A stretch of 64,000 bases of DNA from positions 1 through 64,000 of IMG/VR virus record IMGVR_UViG_3300014205_000177; one strand, given 5' to 3'. Within the stretch, counting starts at the first letter, position 1; every line of letters begins with the position of its first letter. Positions 45,803-56,000 of this stretch are shown here, piece after piece. The notes under the pieces were generated by a model. It was not told the origin of the DNA and searched no databases. It worked only from the letters and a program-made list of their open reading frames with translations. A program made the translations under genes and the position numbers. This stretch comes from a virus. Taxonomy: Duplodnaviria > Caudoviricetes.

Positions 45803-46930
45803 TCAGTTGCAGAAACTGTATCCACAACTTATACACTGAGCGCACCCATTTTCATATTTCATTTCCCCCCCACATTCCGGACAGCTCCCACTTGCTTTTT
45901 CTCCATCTGTAATGTATTTCTTTAATACCCTTGAGATAGATTTTTCAAAGCTGAACATGTCTGAATCACGATTTACCTTTAGTAATTGTTCGCAAATAAT
46001 CTTTATTGGTATCCCATGTCTTAGCATAGCAGAAATAATACGAGTATAAGAGCCAGCGTTTGGACTAAATACATTAGCAATATCTTTAATAAAAACCTTA
46101 TCTGGAATATCAAGGTCATATCTTCTTATTTTATCTATCTTTCCATTTTTAATAAGCTTTCCTGTTTTTGTTGTTTTGGCTATATCTATATTTCCTGCTA
46201 CTCCACCAAATATTTCATATGGCTTACCATCCATAAGTCCAACAAAGATAATCCAATTATCCATTCCTACAGCTGAGAAGTGAATGTCACAATCTAAAAT
46301 AATTGGTCTTTTTGGTGCATTATTTTCTACTATTCCACTTTTGTCTTCTTTTTTGTCAAACATTATTCCATCCCTAGAACCATCTCTATAAATAGTAAGT
46401 CCTTTACACCCCATTTCATGAGCTAATAAATAGATATTGGATATTTCTTCTTGTGTAATCTCTTTATTAAGATTAATAGTACTACTTATACTATGGGTTA
46501 TATACCTTTGAATTAAGGATTGAATTTCTACTCTGTACTTCCAGTTAATTTCTCCTGCTTCACTTTCCCAATATGGAGAATCTTCTATCTTTTTATCTGG
46601 ATTTAAAGATTTCCATTTTTCCAGTCCGTGATGTAAAACTTCATAATGAAGATATTTTATTCCATCAGAATCAATAGAGTCTGGTTTTATCCCATTTTCT
46701 ACCTCTTCTTTGTACATTTTTCTTTTTCTACTATAACCACGTTTAAATACCGGCTCAAGTCCAGATGTAGTTTGAGCTAATATTGATATGCTATTGTGTG
46801 AAATAATATTGTTTTCCAGTAGATATGAGTGGGTTCCTTCTACTTCAATGTCCATGTAAAAATTTTCGGTTTCAACTATTTCTTTAACCTTCAATTCTTT
46901 GTATTTCCCCAGGTCTTTTAATTTAATCAT
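45803..46930 (-). CDS. nrdJ: Class II ribonucleotide reductase C-terminal part preceded by a split-intein C fragment (46 aa)
   Basis: IntC ends IISHN|S; extein SISILAQTTSGLEP, SISSTIN, GCKGLTIYRDGSR, C-terminal CPECG...CISCG. Confidence 0.88.
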   Translation of the reverse strand: MIKLKDLGKYKELKVKEIVETENFYMDIEVEGTHSYLLENNIISHNSISILAQTTSGLEPVFKRGYSRKRKMYKEEVENGIKPDSIDSDGIKYLHYEVLHHGLEKWKSLNPDKKIEDSPYWESEAGEINWKYRVEIQSLIQRYITHSISSTINLNKEITQEEISNIYLLAHEMGCKGLTIYRDGSRDGIMFDKKEDKSGIVENNAPKRPIILDCDIHFSAVGMDNWIIFVGLMDGKPYEIFGGVAGNIDIAKTTKTGKLIKNGKIDKIRRYDLDIPDKVFIKDIANVFSPNAGSYTRIISAMLRHGIPIKIICEQLLKVNRDSDMFSFEKSISRVLKKYITDGEKASGSCPECGGEMKYENGCAQCISCGYSFCN

Positions 46931-48170
46931 TTCTAACTCCTTCTAGTCTTTTTAAGATTTCATTTTTTATTATGTCTGTTGTTTTCTGTGGTTCTTTTCT
47001 GTAGTCGCTCTCCCATACTATTAAAACATCTTTTACTCCAATTGTTTTCATTATTTCGATTCTATCCTTGTCTCTTTCCCATATTCTTTTATTCTCTTCT
47101 GTGTCTTTGTATTCTTCTGGATTCTTATGAAAGTAATCTCCTTGAAATTCAACCACCAGCCCTATTTCTTTCATATAGAAATCTGGCATAATCATTTTAA
47201 TTTCTTTGTTTATTGCATTGTTTGCAACAAAAAACTTATACTCATTGTCTTTATAGAAAACATTCTCAAGTTTAAGGTCTTCTATTATCGCATCAAAGAA
47301 CGCAATTGAAACCTTAGAATATAAGACTACTTTCCCAAATCTGGCATTAAGCCATCCATCATAAATTAAACTGCCGTTTTCTAGTCCATATTTTTCAATA
47401 CACTTTTCCAGTGTAACAGCCTTATTTTTATTCCTTTCTTGCCACTTATTCTTGCCTTCTTCTCCATACTTCTCTATAAAATATTCCATGGAGTGGGCAT
47501 GTTTCATTTTGGCAATTTTTTCCTCCCACTTTTGTGCTCCATACTTCTCAATAAAAACATCCCTACATAAAGACTTACCCTCACACAAAGCCACCCATTT
47601 TTCTCTTCCATTTTCCTCCCCGTATTTTTCAATAAATTTAACTAGACTGCCACTATTACTTGACTGCATATTGCTAATCATTTCTACTGAATCATCGTAT
47701 GAATACCCCTTATTTGTCCAGAATTTAATTTGAGATGGAGTCACTGACTCCATATCACAATATGAATAAAATTTCTTAGATGCACCTGAACACTTAGACT
47801 TAAATATTTCCCACTTTTTAAGACCTTCAATCTCTCCGTGTCTTCTGATAAACTGCTCTAGCGTTCCAGAGCATCTTTCATTTTTATCTTTATATCTCAA
47901 CCATCCCTCCTCTCTCCCATATCTTTCAATAAACCCTTCAAGCGTGTTTTTATGTGAGTGTCTTCTGTGTATTTCTGCCCATTTTTCTTTCCCTTTTTCT
48001 TCTCCGTACTTTATAATACATTTTTTCTCACTTGAGCTTCTGCAAAAAACATAATATGCTTTTTCTTTATCTTCTGCTTTAATATCCTTGTTTTGTATAA
48101 TTTCTTCCCAAATATCCGGATAAGTATCGGTGTTCATTTTAGTTTTTCCATGACATATAATCATAACCAT
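46923..48170 (-). mobile_element. Free-standing Vsr/DUF559-like homing endonuclease between the split nrdJ halves
   Basis: Repeated (F/C)I(E/I)(K/R)YGxxxG units and C-terminal PDF...VEFQGDYFH...VWESD. Confidence 0.75.
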
Positions 48171-48205
48171 TGCTCCTATGTTGTTCTGTTATATAATAGG
48201 AGCAA
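48170..48205 (-). promoter_or_regulatory. Hairpin sequestering the SD of the endonuclease gene
   Basis: On the - strand TTGCTCCTAT-16 nt-ATAGGAGCAA; the 3' arm holds AGGAG and the A of the ATG. Confidence 0.7.
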
Positions 48206-48215
48206 CAGTTGATGA

Positions 48216-50021
48216 CTAACACTGCTGAATGATAATATCATCTTTTTTTATTTCAGATACTTTTTTCCATTCGCAATTTTCATCGTCAACTTTAACCAAA
48301 AGTTTATGGTCATTTGACGAATTTAAAATATATCCATCCTCGAATACAGTCTTTCTTCCTATAGATAATCCCTTCCAGTATAGTTTAGTTATTTTTTTAT
48401 CGTTACCAAACATATCCTTAACGTAGATTTCTTCATTGACATTAAACCACATATTCATTACGCCTGATAGTTCGTCAATATCTACGCCATTCATTTTGAA
48501 AATATCACCAATAGAAGCCATTTGGTTATTTTCCAGTTTAATATTGGTATCTTTATGAACACAGCCAGCTGGAGCTATGGTTGTAGTAGAAATATTTCTT
48601 CTGCCGTACTTGCTTATTTCTTCCTGTAATTTTTCTGGAAGTATTTTTATATAATGACAATTTTTTTCTTTTTCCCAATTAAACACTGGAAAAGCTCCTC
48701 TTTCCTGAGATAATACGCAATTTTCTAACATATTCATTTCATGAAAAATTTTAAATAGATATTCTGAAAATTTAAAAGCTTCTTTACTACTATATTTAAT
48801 TCCTAGCATGGCTAACATATCTCCATATCCAGTAATACCCAATCCAGTTCTTCTTCCATTAATATAATTTATCCTTATCTTTTCCCACAGTTTTAGTTCG
48901 TTTCTTTTAAGGTCTTCATCTTCTGGGTCAGATTTAATTTTAGTTATAATCTTGTCAATTTTTTCTATTTCCAAATCTACTAAATTATCAATAAGTCTAG
49001 TAGCAATCCTAACATTCTTTGAGAAATCATCAAAATTAAAATTACTATTTTCTAGATATGGATTACATACAAATCCAGTTAAGTTTATAGCCATCAATAT
49101 ACAACTTGAATAGGGTGAAAGTACGAGTTCTCCGCATGGATTACTCAATTCTGTTTTGAAACCAACATCGGCATAACAATCACTTAGAGATTGAGAAATT
49201 ACCTTATCCCAATAAAAATTTCCAGGTTCTGCTGATAACCAATTAGACTCTACAAATAAATCCCATACTTCTTTAGCGTTTACTTCCTTTGTATATTTTG
49301 CTGTTTCTACAGGGGAATCTACTGGGAATCTTAGCACGTACTTACTATTAGATTTTACATGTTCAATAAAATCATTATTCCATTTAATCGAAATATTTGC
49401 ACCGTTTACTTTGTTTAAATCTCTTTTTATCTTTATAAACTCTATAATATCAGGATGCCTACAATCAAGACCCAACATTCCTGCACCCCTACGCCCATTT
49501 TGACATACCTCCTTAATTGTATTACTGTATCTATTCATAAAACAAGTTACACCATCAGAAGTATTTGCTGAATTATTTACAATAGAACCACTTGGTCTTA
49601 AAGAGCTTAGGTCTACTCCAACTCCGCCTCTTCTTTTACAGATACTTGCCAGTTCTTCATCTGTTTTTATAATTCCAGAATAAGAATCTTTTGGACTTTC
49701 AATTAAAAAACAATTTGCCAAACTAACAGTCTTAAAGTCATTACCTATTCCAGACAAAGGAGAACCTTGTGGGATAATCTTTTTAAAACCGTCCAGTGAA
49801 CCAATAATTTCTTCATAGCTCAACGGGTTGGGATATTTACTTTCAATTCTTGTAAACTCTCCGGCTACTCTTTTAAAAATGTCAGTTGGACTACTTTCAA
49901 CAAAATTCCCATCTCTATCTCTCAATAAATATTTATTTGCACAAATTCCACCGGCAAGTTCATCTCCGTTAAAATAGTCTACACAATTTTTAATAACTTC
50001 TGTTTTAGTTATTTGATTCAT
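48216..50021 (-). CDS. nrdJ: Class II ribonucleotide reductase N-terminal part followed by a split-intein N fragment (115 aa)
   Basis: SLANCF, RGGVGVDLS, GRRGA, NPCGE, TTTIAPAG|CVHKDT; IntN spans 48563-48219. Confidence 0.88.
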   Translation of the reverse strand: MNQITKTEVIKNCVDYFNGDELAGGICANKYLLRDRDGNFVESSPTDIFKRVAGEFTRIESKYPNPLSYEEIIGSLDGFKKIIPQGSPLSGIGNDFKTVSLANCFLIESPKDSYSGIIKTDEELASICKRRGGVGVDLSSLRPSGSIVNNSANTSDGVTCFMNRYSNTIKEVCQNGRRGAGMLGLDCRHPDIIEFIKIKRDLNKVNGANISIKWNNDFIEHVKSNSKYVLRFPVDSPVETAKYTKEVNAKEVWDLFVESNWLSAEPGNFYWDKVISQSLSDCYADVGFKTELSNPCGELVLSPYSSCILMAINLTGFVCNPYLENSNFNFDDFSKNVRIATRLIDNLVDLEIEKIDKIITKIKSDPEDEDLKRNELKLWEKIRINYINGRRTGLGITGYGDMLAMLGIKYSSKEAFKFSEYLFKIFHEMNMLENCVLSQERGAFPVFNWEKEKNCHYIKILPEKLQEEISKYGRRNISTTTIAPAGCVHKDTNIKLENNQMASIGDIFKMNGVDIDELSGVMNMWFNVNEEIYVKDMFGNDKKITKLYWKGLSIGRKTVFEDGYILNSSNDHKLLVKVDDENCEWKKVSEIKKDDIIIQQC

Positions 50022-50547
50022 CTTTTCTCTCCTTAAATTTTAAAATTCCATTATTAGATATTTTTTGATAATTACTATTGTAAAAATCTTGATTTGAACT
50101 AGGAAGCCTCATTTCATAATCATCTTTAATTACTACTTGAGATAATGTTTCGTCATATTTACCGCATTTAGCTACGTGGAAATGAGTAATATGATTTTCT
50201 ATAAGATGAGTTATTTCATACCCTGTGTATATTATTATTTTATATCCATAGTAAAATAATATTTTGAGTAAAGCTCTACACACATCAATATTGTCTGGAT
50301 GAAGAGGTTCCCCACCAGAAATTACTACATGAGTTATTTGTTTTCTTTCTGAAAAATTAGCAATATGTCTAAACAACTCCCTTTCATCGAACTCTTTAAA
50401 TTCTTCTACATCATTCCTAAGTTTTTCATTACAACATCCAACACAAGTCCCATTACATTTTGTAAAATACACAACTGTGGCAATATCGTTACTTGGAAAA
50501 TCCTTACTTAAAAATGGTTTACTAGCCCTTACCTTTTTAATTGTCAT
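50005..50547 (-). CDS. NrdG-like radical SAM protein
   Basis: CNGTCVGC (CxxxCxxC), SGGEPL, IYTGY, SSNQ. Confidence 0.75.
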   Translation of the reverse strand: MTIKKVRASKPFLSKDFPSNDIATVVYFTKCNGTCVGCCNEKLRNDVEEFKEFDERELFRHIANFSERKQITHVVISGGEPLHPDNIDVCRALLKILFYYGYKIIIYTGYEITHLIENHITHFHVAKCGKYDETLSQVVIKDDYEMRLPSSNQDFYNSNYQKISNNGILKFKERKDESNN

Positions 50548-50614
50548 GAATGATTCCTTTTAATTTAGGCTTATAACCTAGCATAATTTACTTATTTTTC
50601 AATAGTCATTAGAC

Positions 50615-50638
50615 AAAAAATACGGATTTCTCCGTATT
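50615..50638 (-). terminator. Intrinsic terminator
   Basis: AATACGGA/TCCGTATT stem; A run on + gives a U tract on -. Confidence 0.6.
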
Positions 50639-50667
50639 ATTTTTATTGTTTAATTTTTTGTTAAATA

Positions 50668-51600
50668 TTATAATTCCTTTAAATCCATTTTTGAGAAAAC
50701 AGAATCTTTTAAAACTTCCCAAGCAGTATTTTGAAACCATTTTATAGATTCCTGAAATTTAAACCAATCAGAATTTTCAAAACAATCTTTCTTTTTATAG
50801 GAACTAAACATCCACCCATTTGTAATTACTGCATCATTAAACCATTTTTTACTATCATACTTGGGAAGTGCAACTCCACCATAGCTTGGGATTAATGCCA
50901 TTTTTTCAAAGTATTGTAATCTATCAAGTTTATTTGGTAAATCAAATGCAATACTTAAATGAAGCATTAATTCTATTAAAGATTTACGAGTTCCCCCTAG
51001 TTCTAAAAATAAACTCTTTGCCGCTTCAAGAAATATTTTATTATTATCTCTATGTTCTTCCATTAATCTAGTATCCTTCCACACCCTTCCTATCTCATCT
51101 GGTAACGTCTTTGCGTCTGCATGACCGATGTTGGGACTTACGGACTCAAGGGGACCTGACATTGAATTAAACGACTCATAGTATCCTACGAAGTTAGAAT
51201 GAGCCCAAGTGTCTGCAAACACATGACAGGCTATTCCTAATTTATACAAACACTTTTTATCCTTTGCTCTTTTAAATAGCATTTGTGCGTTTTTACTATT
51301 TGGGGTGGTGTTTAATAAATGAAATTTACCATCTTTTCTAAGTGCTTTTTTGCTGGAAAAATTACCAGGCACAAAATGAAAAAGGGGATATATTCTGAAT
51401 AGTTTCTTTTTAGGATTAAAAATATTCATCGTCTGACTAATGTAATTATGATACTCATTAATTCCTTTATTTATTAGGTATTCATTTACATTATCATCAA
51501 CCATCTGTGAAGAATAAGCTATTATCTCAGCTTCGGCTGGAGAATATCCAGCCTTAGTTGCAATTAAATAAGTTACGCTGTGATGAAATTCAATATCCAT
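50668..51600 (-). CDS. DUF6765-like / zinc-dependent phospholipase C-like protein
   Basis: MDIEFH...SQMVDD...FHFVPG...LGIACHVFADTWAH...IGHA. Confidence 0.6.
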   Translation of the reverse strand: MDIEFHHSVTYLIATKAGYSPAEAEIIAYSSQMVDDNVNEYLINKGINEYHNYISQTMNIFNPKKKLFRIYPLFHFVPGNFSSKKALRKDGKFHLLNTTPNSKNAQMLFKRAKDKKCLYKLGIACHVFADTWAHSNFVGYYESFNSMSGPLESVSPNIGHADAKTLPDEIGRVWKDTRLMEEHRDNNKIFLEAAKSLFLELGGTRKSLIELMLHLSIAFDLPNKLDRLQYFEKMALIPSYGGVALPKYDSKKWFNDAVITNGWMFSSYKKKDCFENSDWFKFQESIKWFQNTAWEVLKDSVFSKMDLKEL

Positions 51601-52419
51601 TTATATATCTTCTTTGGAAGTGGTTGTTGAATCAGTTTCTACTTCTGGAATATTTGCATCAAGAGTTACCAATCCCTTTAACCCGTTTTTGCTACGAATA
51701 GTACTAACCAACTTACGAGTTTCATTACTTTGTATTACTTTTGCCAAGGTATTAGCCTGAGCTGTATCTTTTACATTTTTATAGACTTCGCTAGTTTGTA
51801 CTACTTCTAGTAATGATTTATTATCTTTAATAGCTTTTACTATAAGAAGTATTATAAATACTCCTACTATTATGGCAATACCAGTTATTGCCATCCAAAA
51901 ATAATAATAAGCAGCCCCTGAAAACAAGGCTATACTTGCACCAAATAAAGTAAGTTGCAATGCTAATCCAGCTAAATTTGGAACTCCAGCCGCATAACAT
52001 ACAATAATAAAGGCTATTCCTCCAGCAAATATAACAGAACCAACTATAATACCCCAATAGAAAAAATTCTCTACTCTTTTAGTTTTATCATTCATTAGTT
52101 TTTCAACTTTAGATTCAAGGTCTTCTGTATATGCTTTCATTTTTTTTGCAATAATATCTTTATCTGCTAACCCATTGGCTACCATAATAACTTTTGTTGC
52201 TTCTTGTTTTACCTTTACCTCTTTGCTTGTTGAATCTATAATGTTTGCTGATGTTTTAAGTTTTTCTGAATCCTCCTTTAATAAAAGATTCATTCCAGAA
52301 AGAGCATCATCTGTTCTAATTGGGGTGTATAAAGAACTACATCCTGTAATTAAAAATATAGTCATGATTGGTATTAGTTTTTTGTACATTTTTCTTCTCC
52401 TCTTTAAAATTTGGTGCAT
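51601..52419 (-). CDS. Lipoprotein with C-terminal TM helices (lysis/spanin-like candidate)
   Basis: Probable start MYKK; lipobox LITGC; helical linker; three hydrophobic segments. Confidence 0.55.
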   Translation of the reverse strand: MHQILKRRRKMYKKLIPIMTIFLITGCSSLYTPIRTDDALSGMNLLLKEDSEKLKTSANIIDSTSKEVKVKQEATKVIMVANGLADKDIIAKKMKAYTEDLESKVEKLMNDKTKRVENFFYWGIIVGSVIFAGGIAFIIVCYAAGVPNLAGLALQLTLFGASIALFSGAAYYYFWMAITGIAIIVGVFIILLIVKAIKDNKSLLEVVQTSEVYKNVKDTAQANTLAKVIQSNETRKLVSTIRSKNGLKGLVTLDANIPEVETDSTTTSKEDI

Positions 52420-52800
52420 TTAAAATATAATCTAAAATAATTAGTAATAAATAAAACAAAATAATCGTAAATATAAATAAAACAACTTTTAATTTCATTT
52501 CTTAATAATTCTCTCATAATTACAGTTATGATTAGAACATATGTATATCCCAAGAAAAACATCATCAGGGACAAATATTAAATAACATTTACATCTTGGA
52601 CATATATCCATTTTAACTTTCCTATAATTAATATTAGTTTATAGGTATCGGGAAACGGCAAATAATAAAGTCATTTGGGTTCATTGCTTCATCAAACCCT
52701 ATCAAAAATAAGTATTGAATATCATCAATAGTTTTTAATTCTCCGATTGTTCTCCAATTAACATCTTTTTTGTTTTTTACTTTATAAAATCCGTCTTTCA

Positions 52801-53052
52801 TTATTCAACCTCTTCTTGTTTTGGTATCATGTCAAATAAATCAGCATGTAATATATCCATTTTATTTGCGATGTATGGGTCTGAGGTTTTTATATAGTCA
52901 GAATAAGCTTTTAGTGCAGCTAAAACTGCCATAGATTTATCCAGTTTTCCAATATCAAAAGAAACTGGAAGAGAAAATGGTTTTTGAGTACTTTCAATTA
53001 ACCCATTTATAAAATAAGACTTTACTTCGTTAGCGTTTTCAAAATTAAACAT
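52801..53052 (-). CDS. Hypothetical protein
   Basis: SD AAGGAG; ORF track. Confidence 0.65.
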   Translation of the reverse strand: MFNFENANEVKSYFINGLIESTQKPFSLPVSFDIGKLDKSMAVLAALKAYSDYIKTSDPYIANKMDILHADLFDMIPKQEEVE

Positions 53053-53068
53053 TTATAATCTCCTTTTT

Positions 53069-56000
53069 TTATTGTGGTGTACAAGTTTTTGTTCCAGGAT
53101 AGCCATAATAATCCCAATTAGGATTCAATATTACATTAACACCTTGTGTGTTTGGAGCCGTTGAAATTATTGCATATTCAATTACTGATTCACTTTCATA
53201 AGTAGTTAATATTGATGTTCCAATAACCCATAAATAATCACTTCCAGATGGAGTTACGGTAATGTATCCATCATAACTCCCATAAAAGGCTAAATTAGAT
53301 TTATAAACAACACTACCTTCAGGAACATCCACTCCATAATATCTAGTATATAATCCACCACCATAACTAGAATCATAATCATCAGTTACTAAATATTCCA
53401 AATCAATGATTGCACCTCCTGTTATATTCACTGTCCATCCTACTGCTTCTAATTCTGTTTTATCTGTCAAACCTTGACCAGTTGGAAGAGTTGTTATCAA
53501 GCCACTAAATGTCCCATTAGTTGTTCCTGTAGATACTAGCATTGAAAGTAAATAATTAATTTTTGAAGCACCTAATAAAGTATTATCTACATTTATATTA
53601 GTTAATATAGTTCCAAAAGGTATTGTAAATAATGAAATTTGCTCTCCATTTAAATCAATTGAACTAAGAGATGTTACTGCACCAGAAATATAAATAGTAT
53701 AAGTTCCTACAGTTGAATAAGTATGAGATAATGTTACAGTACTTCCTGTCATAGATTCATTAACTATATTACCATCACCATAATCAACAACAAGTGCAGT
53801 TCCGTTAGCTCCTATTACATCTATATAGACTTGATTATCTAATAATAAAACAATTTTAATTGGGTCTCCAGTATGTAATGGTACAGTTGCAAAATCAGCA
53901 GTATATAAACAATTACCTTTGTATGATACTAAACTATCTATTAAGAAGTCTTCACTTGAAGAATATCCCATGTAATAACCACTACCAATTATTAATTGAT
54001 TAGAAGTGCTTGGGAATGTTCCAGCAATTTCTGTTTCAAGAACTTTTGTTCCATCCATAAACATACGAACAATGTTACTATTATCACGAGTTAATGTTAT
54101 TTCTTTCCATTCATTAACAGGTAATGAAACCGAAGAACCATACCAGGTTGAACCAAACATCACTCCAAGAGTAGCTCCAGAAGTAAGGATGGACCAACAA
54201 TCATCGTAATAAGAACCAGCTATTAATAAAATTTGGTCATAGGCATATTTTCTTTTTACTCTAAATTTAACAGTAAACACTCCATCAAACGAAACAAAAG
54301 AAGTAGTTGCTGAATTTATCCATGTATTTTGATAAAGAGAAGCACTTGATTTTCCAAAAGCAGAATCATAAGTAGTTAATTTTGCCCCATAATTAGCTGT
54401 AAACGAAATATTATTAGAGCCTGAATCAGAAATTGTTGTAGATGCATCAGCTCCTTCAAAATTTAATATAATGTCAGGAACAATAACGATTCCAATAGTG
54501 ATAGTCCAACCGTCATTCTCTAATGTAGCTTTATCTGTTAATCCTTGACCAGTTGGTTGTGAAGTTGCATAAATGCTAATTGTTCCATTAGAATTACCAA
54601 TATTTGATAACATACTTAATAAAGTATTAACTTGATACTCATTTAATGTTGAATCAGTACCTGATATATTAACCAAATTACAATCTGTTGGAATTATAAT
54701 ATTTGATACAGTAGAATCTTTAAAATCTATGGAAGTAATTTCAGAAATATATTGTCCATGTAATTTAAAATTACAATTTGAACCAGAATAAGAATGTGTT
54801 AATGTAACTATAGAGCCAGTCATTTCGACAGAAGTTAATGTTCCATCTCCATAATCAACATCAATGATAGCACCATTAGTACCTATAATGTCAATCTCAA
54901 AAGAACTTGGTGTTGTTAGTGATAATGTAATTCCATCCCATAAATGTTTGCTATCGTTAAAATAAGAATCAAAAGCACGAATTACTCTTGCTCTTTGAAA
55001 ATCATTTAAATTAAAATCAAATCCTAAAATTGCACCATAATAACCATTAGTAACTGATTCTCCATTGTTATAATTTGCACCAATAATAACATCTCCAGTA
55101 TTATCTGTTATGGAAGTGGTTAATAAAGAAGAACTTTCTATATTATCAATAGTTATTTTAGAGATAGTATTAGATGCAGAACTCGCATCCGTATTCATCC
55201 ATTCAATAATTTCCATTTTATTTCCAGCATATAAAGTAGAATCAGTATCTCTGACTAGAGAAGCACGATTACAATAACGACCATCAGGATGAATATCTAA
55301 ACAGTTACCACCATTCCATGCTTGACCTATAATTTGTTGCCATGCTCCATTATTTACGAATTTACCAACAATAAAAATATCATAAGGAGTATTTGAAAAC
55401 TTCATATTTGAAATCTTCATATTTTGACTACCTTGAAAATTAACAACAGATTTATCATTAAATGAAGAGTTAGAAGATTGAAATACAGGATAAGTTTCAC
55501 CATATCTCAAAGCGTTTAATGATTCATTATTTTTATCTTTCCATTTTCTTAAATATCCATCAGTTTCACCAGTAAGATTATTAGAAGAAAAATAAAATAA
55601 TGGTTCTAAATCAGCAAAAACATCTTCTAAATAAATATCAGTGATACTAATCGTCCATCCAGCAGAAATTAAAGTTGTTTTGTCAGTTAAACCTTGACCT
55701 GTTGGCAAGTAATTATTTTCAATAGTTAAAATTCCGTTAACAACAGAACTTGCAACTAAATTTGCCAATAAACGATTAAGTCCAGAAGAACTTAATTCTT
55801 TAATTCCTGTAGCTATAAAACTATTAATAGAAGTAACACTAGAAGCTAAAATAATGTTTGTAATTGTATTGTTACTTACATTGATTTCAGTTATGGCATT
55901 ACTTGTTACACTCTTCATGCAAACGTTATATTTACCATTTGATGAATAAGTATGATTAATAGAAACACTGTTTCCTGTCATGGTATAAGAAATAAAAGAA

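Noticed and set aside
48189-48218. TAG readthrough joining nrdJ-N to the endonuclease to form a contiguous intein
   Set aside because: Readthrough meets TAA after eight further codons (SSTVAPII)
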